From assembly GCA_963706325.1 (NCBI GenBank), contig CAVPLT010000001.1, positions 704,001 to 768,000 of the forward strand: a stretch of 64,000 nt of DNA, read 5' to 3'. Made by a program: the position numbers and the translations under genes. The notes under the pieces were generated by a model. The model did no database searches and was not told where the DNA came from. It saw nothing but the letters and a program-made list of their open reading frames with translations. This document shows, in pieces, positions 58,846 through 64,000 of the stretch (position 1 is the stretch's first letter; each line of letters opens with the position of its first letter). Source of the DNA: an uncultured Nitrospiraceae bacterium (GTDB lineage: Bacteria > Nitrospirota > Nitrospiria > Nitrospirales > Nitrospiraceae).

Positions 58846-59625
58846 TCAATGGTGATGGTAATCCTCGACGATAACGAAGTCTTTGTCGGTAATGACCAAG
58901 TCTTTCCCGTACACCTGACCCAGAATCTCTGGTATCAGAACCTCCTTCGGAGGTCCTGCGGCAAACAGTTTCGTTTTGAGAAGTACGAGACGGTCTACTC
59001 GTGATCGAATCATGTTGATGTCGTGTGTGATCATGAGGATCGTGAGTTTCAGATCTCTGTGCAGCTGTTGGATCAATTCTACGACGCTATGCTGAGCGGT
59101 GAGGTCCAGGCCCGTCGTCGGCTCATCCAAAAGCAATATTCGCGGCTGTTGCGCCAGGGCTCGTGCGATGAACACCCGTTGCTGCTGCCCCCCCGATAGC
59201 GCGCCTAGTGCCGAGTCGCGGTGATGATCCATTCCAACCTGAGCCAGGGCTTCGCGAGCGATATCCCGATCCTTGCGCGCCGGCCGGCGAAACAGGCCGA
59301 GCGCGCCGTACCGCCCCATCATCACGGCTTCCAGCACCGTGACGGGAAAATTGCGGTCCAGCATGCCTTTTTGCGGTAAATAACCGATGAGCGCGCGATG
59401 GTGGCAGCGGAGTTCTTCGCAGGCGCAATCCAGGACGCGGAGGGTGCCTCGCAAAGGCGCCATCAAGCCGAGCACGGCCCGACACAGAGTTGTCTTGCCA
59501 GAGCCGTTAGGGCCGATGACCCCTACGAATTCAGATTCAAGAATGCTCAACGAAATATCTTCCAGTGCGATAACGCCTGGAAAGCCGAAGGTCGCGTGGT
59601 CGAACCGAATAATGGGGTGGGTCAT
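58846..59625 (-). CDS. Zn/Mn ABC transporter ATP-binding protein (ZnuC-like)
   Basis: GPNGSGKT, YLPQ, LSGGQQQR and DEPTTG. Confidence 0.93.
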   Translation of the reverse strand: MTHPIIRFDHATFGFPGVIALEDISLSILESEFVGVIGPNGSGKTTLCRAVLGLMAPLRGTLRVLDCACEELRCHHRALIGYLPQKGMLDRNFPVTVLEAVMMGRYGALGLFRRPARKDRDIAREALAQVGMDHHRDSALGALSGGQQQRVFIARALAQQPRILLLDEPTTGLDLTAQHSVVELIQQLHRDLKLTILMITHDINMIRSRVDRLVLLKTKLFAAGPPKEVLIPEILGQVYGKDLVITDKDFVIVEDYHHH

Positions 59626-59683
59626 GCGCGGCGGCGTTCGTTGAAATGCTGGTTCGTCGGTCGTTGTTCGGTTGGGGTGGCGG

Positions 59684-60610
59684 CTATGCTTGTTCGAGCG
59701 CCTGGGCTAATTGGAGCACATTATAACGGATCATGTCGAGGTAGGTCTCGGTACCAGGCAGGCCTCCAGGCAAGGTCGTCAGGACGGCGATGCGCGCGCC
59801 CGTTTCTCGGGCAAGCAGCTGCGGGACTTTTTGATTCAGTTGCACCTCCGACACGATGACGCGGATATGATCTCGTTTAATCGTGTCAATCAATGTATGC
59901 AGATGGCGCGCGGACGGTTCCCCTCCCGGTTGCGTTAGGATCGTTCCTGCCACGTGGAGATCGTACCGCCGGGCAAAATAAGGCCAGGCCGGGTGGTGGA
60001 CGATCAGGGTTCGACTTGGTACCGTTTGGAGCCGCACCAGCGATTCTTGGTGGACGCGCGAGAGTGCTTGGAGATAGACCGCCGTATTGGCCCGGTAGTT
60101 CGACGCGTGGGCGGGGTCCGCAAGGGTCATGGCATCTGAGATATGTTGCACCATCGTGGCGGCGGCTTCAGGGTCTAGCCACACATGAGGATTGCCTGTC
60201 CCATGATGGTGGGAGTGCGAGGCGTCCGCGGATTCGAGACGATCTTGAATCAACTCGATCCCCTTGGAGGTCGTCACCACCTGTAACGTGGCATTCCCGG
60301 CATTCTTGACCAGCGAAGATACCCACACCTCGAGGCCGGCGCCGACTTCCAACAAGAGTGCGGCCTTCCGAATCGCCACCAAGTCACTCGGTTTTGGTGA
60401 GTAGGTATGCTCGCTCTCATAGCCGGTCATGAGGGAGGTGACGTGTACGTGCGATCCGCCGATCTGTTGCGCCCAGTCCTTCAGGACAGGGAGCGTCACG
60501 ACCACATGGAGTGGTTCGGCAGCGGAGGCAACGGGGACCGATCCGGATAGGCTCCAATGAGACGGTACTGCAGCAAATGTGAACAGGGCGAGCGTAAGCA
60601 GGCGCAACAT
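59684..60610 (-). CDS. Zn/Mn ABC transporter substrate-binding protein (ZnuA/TroA-like)
   Basis: EHTYSP, His-rich HSHHH loop, NPHVWL and HPAWPYF; ATG 60610 downstream of the promoter. Confidence 0.92.
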   Translation of the reverse strand: MLRLLTLALFTFAAVPSHWSLSGSVPVASAAEPLHVVVTLPVLKDWAQQIGGSHVHVTSLMTGYESEHTYSPKPSDLVAIRKAALLLEVGAGLEVWVSSLVKNAGNATLQVVTTSKGIELIQDRLESADASHSHHHGTGNPHVWLDPEAAATMVQHISDAMTLADPAHASNYRANTAVYLQALSRVHQESLVRLQTVPSRTLIVHHPAWPYFARRYDLHVAGTILTQPGGEPSARHLHTLIDTIKRDHIRVIVSEVQLNQKVPQLLARETGARIAVLTTLPGGLPGTETYLDMIRYNVLQLAQALEQA

Positions 60611-60617
60611 CCGCCGG

Positions 60618-60646
60618 ACGGTAACACTCGATTTCTTCAAAGTCAA
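60618..60646 (-). promoter_or_regulatory. sigma70 promoter TTGACT-17-TACCGT, 7 nt from the znuA-like ATG
   Basis: Direct reading of the minus strand. Confidence 0.6.
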
Positions 60647-60690
60647 CGCGACGGCGCATTGAGTCGATGTCCTCATGTCGGCATATGCGC

Positions 60691-60719
60691 TTGACCCATC
60701 GCGGGGTTTCGATTAGCGT
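60691..60719 (+). promoter_or_regulatory. sigma70 promoter TTGACC-17-TAGCGT for anmK
   Basis: Direct reading. Confidence 0.55.
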
Positions 60720-60766
60720 AGCGCACCGAGCAGGCGACGGAAACTTCTGCGGTGGAAGGGGGCTGG

Positions 60767-61951
60767 ATGAAGGTTGTCGGTTTGATGTCCGGCACATCGG
60801 CAGATGCGGTGGATGCGGCACTCGTCAATATTGCCCGGCGCGGTCGGACTTTACGGATTTCGCCCTTGGCATTCGTATCCCTACCGTACTCACGATCCCT
60901 GCAACAAAGAATTGTCGATCTATCTCTCCACGGCCATGTGGCCGAGATCTGCCATATGAATGTGTACCTTGGAGAACTCTTTGCCAAAGCGGCCTTGCGG
61001 GTGATTCACAAGGCGAAATACCTCCCGACCGATATCGACTTGATCGGCTCGCATGGACAGACGATCCACCATCTCCCGGAGGGGATTCGTGAGCCTGGCG
61101 TCGGCATGGTCCGATCCACACTTCAGATTGGCGAGCCGAGCGTCATTGCAGAACGAACCGGCATCACGACGATCGCCAATTTTAGGCCCCGCGATATGGC
61201 GGCAGGCGGTGAGGGGGCTCCACTAGTTCCCTATGCCCATTTGATGGCGTTCGGTCATGTTCGGCGGGCCCGCCTGGTGGTGAATATTGGTGGGATCAGC
61301 AATGTGACTTATCTGCCGCCGGGGGGCGGCATTGCGGATCTGCAGGCTTTTGATACAGGACCCGGCAACATGGTGATGGATGCACTCGTGCGAGAAGCGA
61401 GCAAAGGAAAGCATTCTTATGATGCGGGCGGTCGGCTGGCCCTGCAAGGGACGGTAAGCCGGCGTTTGCTTGCCGAACTTATGGCCCATCCGTTTTTGAC
61501 ACGTTGCCCACCAAAATCTACCGGGCGCGAAGAATTCGGCGCTCCATTTGTTCGACATCTGTTAACGAAGCAACGTACGTCTCACGTCACTACTGAGGAT
61601 CTTCTTGCGACCTGCGCCGCATGGACTGCGGAGACGATCGGCACGGCGCGACGGTGGGTGACCGATGATATGGATGCTGTGATTGTCGGTGGTGGAGGCG
61701 TGTACAATCGCGCAGTCATGGGCCATCTCCAGCGGGTGTTTGCGCCTACGCCGGTTTCGACTTTTGACGATCACGGATGGAGCAGCAAGGCTTTTGAAGC
61801 GACGGCGTTCGCCCTCTTGGCCCATGACACCTATCACGGACAATGCACGAACGTGCCCCAGGTGACGGGAGCGCGTCACCCTGTGCTTCTGGGCGTGGTG
61901 GCACAGGGACTTCCTGGCGCTCAGATGAAAGGCCTGCGAGTCGCTCGCTGA
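60767..61951 (+). CDS. anmK: Anhydro-N-acetylmuramic acid kinase
   Basis: GLMSGTSAD, SHGQTI, GGEGAPL, NIGGISN, FDTGPGN and PPKSTGRE. Confidence 0.95.
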   Translation: MKVVGLMSGTSADAVDAALVNIARRGRTLRISPLAFVSLPYSRSLQQRIVDLSLHGHVAEICHMNVYLGELFAKAALRVIHKAKYLPTDIDLIGSHGQTIHHLPEGIREPGVGMVRSTLQIGEPSVIAERTGITTIANFRPRDMAAGGEGAPLVPYAHLMAFGHVRRARLVVNIGGISNVTYLPPGGGIADLQAFDTGPGNMVMDALVREASKGKHSYDAGGRLALQGTVSRRLLAELMAHPFLTRCPPKSTGREEFGAPFVRHLLTKQRTSHVTTEDLLATCAAWTAETIGTARRWVTDDMDAVIVGGGGVYNRAVMGHLQRVFAPTPVSTFDDHGWSSKAFEATAFALLAHDTYHGQCTNVPQVTGARHPVLLGVVAQGLPGAQMKGLRVAR

Positions 61952-61964
61952 ATCATCAGCAGAT

Positions 61965-62483
61965 ATGGAGCTACTTTATCCTATTCTCGGCATCGGGGCG
62001 CTGGTCTTTCTAGGGAGCCTCGCCTGGGAAAGTTTTGGGCGGAGGCGCTTATCTGGTTCCTCATCAGATGGCCCTCCTGTCGGTATGACCTTTGTTACCA
62101 AGCCTCTTCTGACAGACGGAGAGGTGCAGCTCTATAACCTGTTGCGAATGGCTGTGGAAGATCGGTATTTATTGTTCACGCAAATTCCGCTGTGGAGCTT
62201 GCTGGATTTGCGACTCCCTTCCGGAACGCCGCCTGCGGAGACCTTGAGGGAGCTTGCATTACAGAAGGCCACGTTCGTGTTGGTGCATCCTGGTAGCCGG
62301 TTGGTCGAGAAAGTGGTGCAAGTTGAGCGGCAGGTTCCGAACGATTCTTCCGTTGAGCCCCAGAACACGCTGTTTGAATCGGCGCTCCGTGCAGCAGGGG
62401 TTCAGCTAGTCAGGCTGAGTCCGCTGCACGCCTATACGGTTCCGGGTCTTGTTACGGTCCTGGATCTTGCCGAACCAGAATAG
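61965..62483 (+). CDS. DUF2726 domain membrane-anchored protein
   Basis: N-terminal TM; KPLLTDGE..LY..L, QIPL and LRAAGVQLVR. Confidence 0.75.
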   Translation: MELLYPILGIGALVFLGSLAWESFGRRRLSGSSSDGPPVGMTFVTKPLLTDGEVQLYNLLRMAVEDRYLLFTQIPLWSLLDLRLPSGTPPAETLRELALQKATFVLVHPGSRLVEKVVQVERQVPNDSSVEPQNTLFESALRAAGVQLVRLSPLHAYTVPGLVTVLDLAEPE

Positions 62484-62538
62484 CCCTGAACTGTGCCGAA
62501 GAGCCCGTCGCTAGCAAGTAGGGGAAGGGCGACTCGGC

Positions 62539-63060
62539 TCAGCTCGGCTCCGGCGCAACCGATTCACTCCTTGTTCCTGCCGTCTCCAGGGCTTTGCGAG
62601 CGACATCGGACTCTGCGCTGTCTGGGTATTGCTCCGTGACGCGTTCGTACATCACTTGGGCATTCTCGCGGTCGCCCTGCCTTGCATAAATCTGACCGAT
62701 CTTGAGGGTGGAGGCGGCGAGCTTTTGGCTCAACGGATAATAAGAGATGACATTGTAAAAAGATTCCAGGGCATCTTTGAAATGCCCCATGCGGTACTGG
62801 CATTCCCCCATCCAATATTGGGCATTAGCTGATAGGGCTGACTGACGATGGAGTTCGAGGAAAAACCGGAACCCCGCGAGCGCCGCGTCGTAATCTTTGT
62901 GCCGAAATTCCTCCATCACCCGGTCGTATAAACGGCGGGAGTCATTTGGCGGCTGAAGCGGGGCGGCGAACAGAGAGGGAACGGTCCCAAGGTGGCTAAG
63001 CAATACCAATAACGCCAGGGTACCGCGCCACGAGCGTGAATGAAAATGATCGATCGCCAT
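62539..63060 (-). CDS. TPR protein, CpoB/YbgF C-terminal-like
   Basis: NAQYWMGECQY, YPLSQK..STLKIG and YPDSAE; signal-like N-terminus. Confidence 0.85.
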   Translation of the reverse strand: MAIDHFHSRSWRGTLALLVLLSHLGTVPSLFAAPLQPPNDSRRLYDRVMEEFRHKDYDAALAGFRFFLELHRQSALSANAQYWMGECQYRMGHFKDALESFYNVISYYPLSQKLAASTLKIGQIYARQGDRENAQVMYERVTEQYPDSAESDVARKALETAGTRSESVAPEPS

Positions 63061-63319
63061 GGTGTCCTTCTTTCTTGGTGGTCGCAAACCCTGCCACCGA
63101 AAATCATTGTGCCCATGCCGATATGAAAGAAGTGAACCAGATAAATGGTCCGTGCGAACCAGCTGTAAAGTTGGATAATTCGGAAAGGCGTCTCGAAAGT
63201 GTATAGTGGAAAACAGACAACATTGTACGAACACGTCAACCGTAAGGCCGAGGTAGGACCAGGTTGACAGATGTACTCAATTCGTTTGTTATCGGTTTGT
63301 GCTCAACTTGGCAGAGGGG

Positions 63320-64000
63320 ATGACGCCACCAGTACCTGGTAATAGAGGAGATCAAGCCATCGACATTGAAAGAGAGAACGAGCCAAGGTCTGCCGGTGGA
63401 AGGAAGCAGTCCCTTAGCGATCCGCCGCCCAATCCCAAGGGGGGCCGGACGTTGATTGTCGATGCTCGTGATCCCCATGCCTATCTCCGGCCTAGCGAGG
63501 CGCTGAAAGCGGCTGATGAGGCGGATCAAGTGTTCGTACGTCCTGGCATTTATGAAGACAAGGTATTTGTAGCGGATCGTCCTGTCCTCCTGATCGGTGC
63601 CGGACGAGACCATGTTCAAATTTATAACCGTCGTGGCGGGCCGCTCTATTTGCAGCGTGTGACCTCCGGCCTGATCAGCGGAATCACCTTTCGGTATGTG
63701 GGCAGCGATCAGCACTCGGCGATGAACGTGCTGGATTCGGTCTGCACGATTACGCAGTGTCGCGCGACGGAAGGGTTGCTTTCCGGTGTCGTAATTTATG
63801 GCCCTGAGGCTCGCGTGACCTTTATCGATAATGAGGTCTGTTACAACCGCGAGTCAGGAATTTTCGTCTTTGCCGGCGCACAACCGCGAGTGGCGCAGAA
63901 CATCTGTTATGGCAACCATCACTTTGGATTGGCCGTGCGGGATCCGGGAAGCCATCCGGAATGCGTTCGTAACCTCTGCCATAGCAACATGCTCAGCGGG
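63320..64000 (+). CDS. Right-handed parallel beta-helix (pectin lyase-like) repeat protein, truncated by the window end
   Basis: Open frame from ATG 63320 to the window end; VRPGIYED, LIGAG and N..SGI repeats; not in the ORF track. Confidence 0.8.
   Translation, partial: MTPPVPGNRGDQAIDIERENEPRSAGGRKQSLSDPPPNPKGGRTLIVDARDPHAYLRPSEALKAADEADQVFVRPGIYEDKVFVADRPVLLIGAGRDHVQIYNRRGGPLYLQRVTSGLISGITFRYVGSDQHSAMNVLDSVCTITQCRATEGLLSGVVIYGPEARVTFIDNEVCYNRESGIFVFAGAQPRVAQNICYGNHHFGLAVRDPGSHPECVRNLCHSNMLSG

Noticed and set aside
63395..63410. GGAAGGAAGCAG resembling the SRP RNA core
   Set aside because: Lies inside a CDS and lacks the flanking SRP helix

Overview
This is a GC-rich bacterial chromosome segment, most consistent with Nitrospira/Nitrospirota (inferred from gene content and order, not from a database search). 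The left half (1-35 kb) is mostly minus-strand housekeeping and unknown genes: mug, NUDIX, gcvT, FKBP, FIST, DmpA peptidase, LOG, tRNA-Gly, MoxR-DUF58-transglutaminase, ChaN, TesA/YbbAP-like, M1 peptidase, rpiA-glk-pgl-pgi and a YkuD-family protein. The right half carries rpmH-rnpA-yidD-yidC-mnmE-mnmG-rsmG-parA-parB with two perfect parS sites but no dnaA, then two bactofilins, mnmA, an F1-only atpHAGDC operon, two DUF3365 heme-c proteins, two RluA paralogs flanking a PilZ gene, a Zn/Mn ABC transporter and anmK. atpG has three frameshifts, probably sequence error. No CRISPR array, integrase, transposase or prophage was seen. The best candidate for an undescribed system is a secreted 74-aa precursor with three identical GEEKKKDEKKGGH cores behind a sigma54/IHF-type promoter (1193-1417). 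Other leads are a box C/D-type K-turn hairpin at 13.4 kb, a DnaA-box cluster at 55.2-55.6 kb, a Cys-to-Ser L,D-transpeptidase homolog and several apparently leaderless genes. All family calls come from motif recognition by eye.
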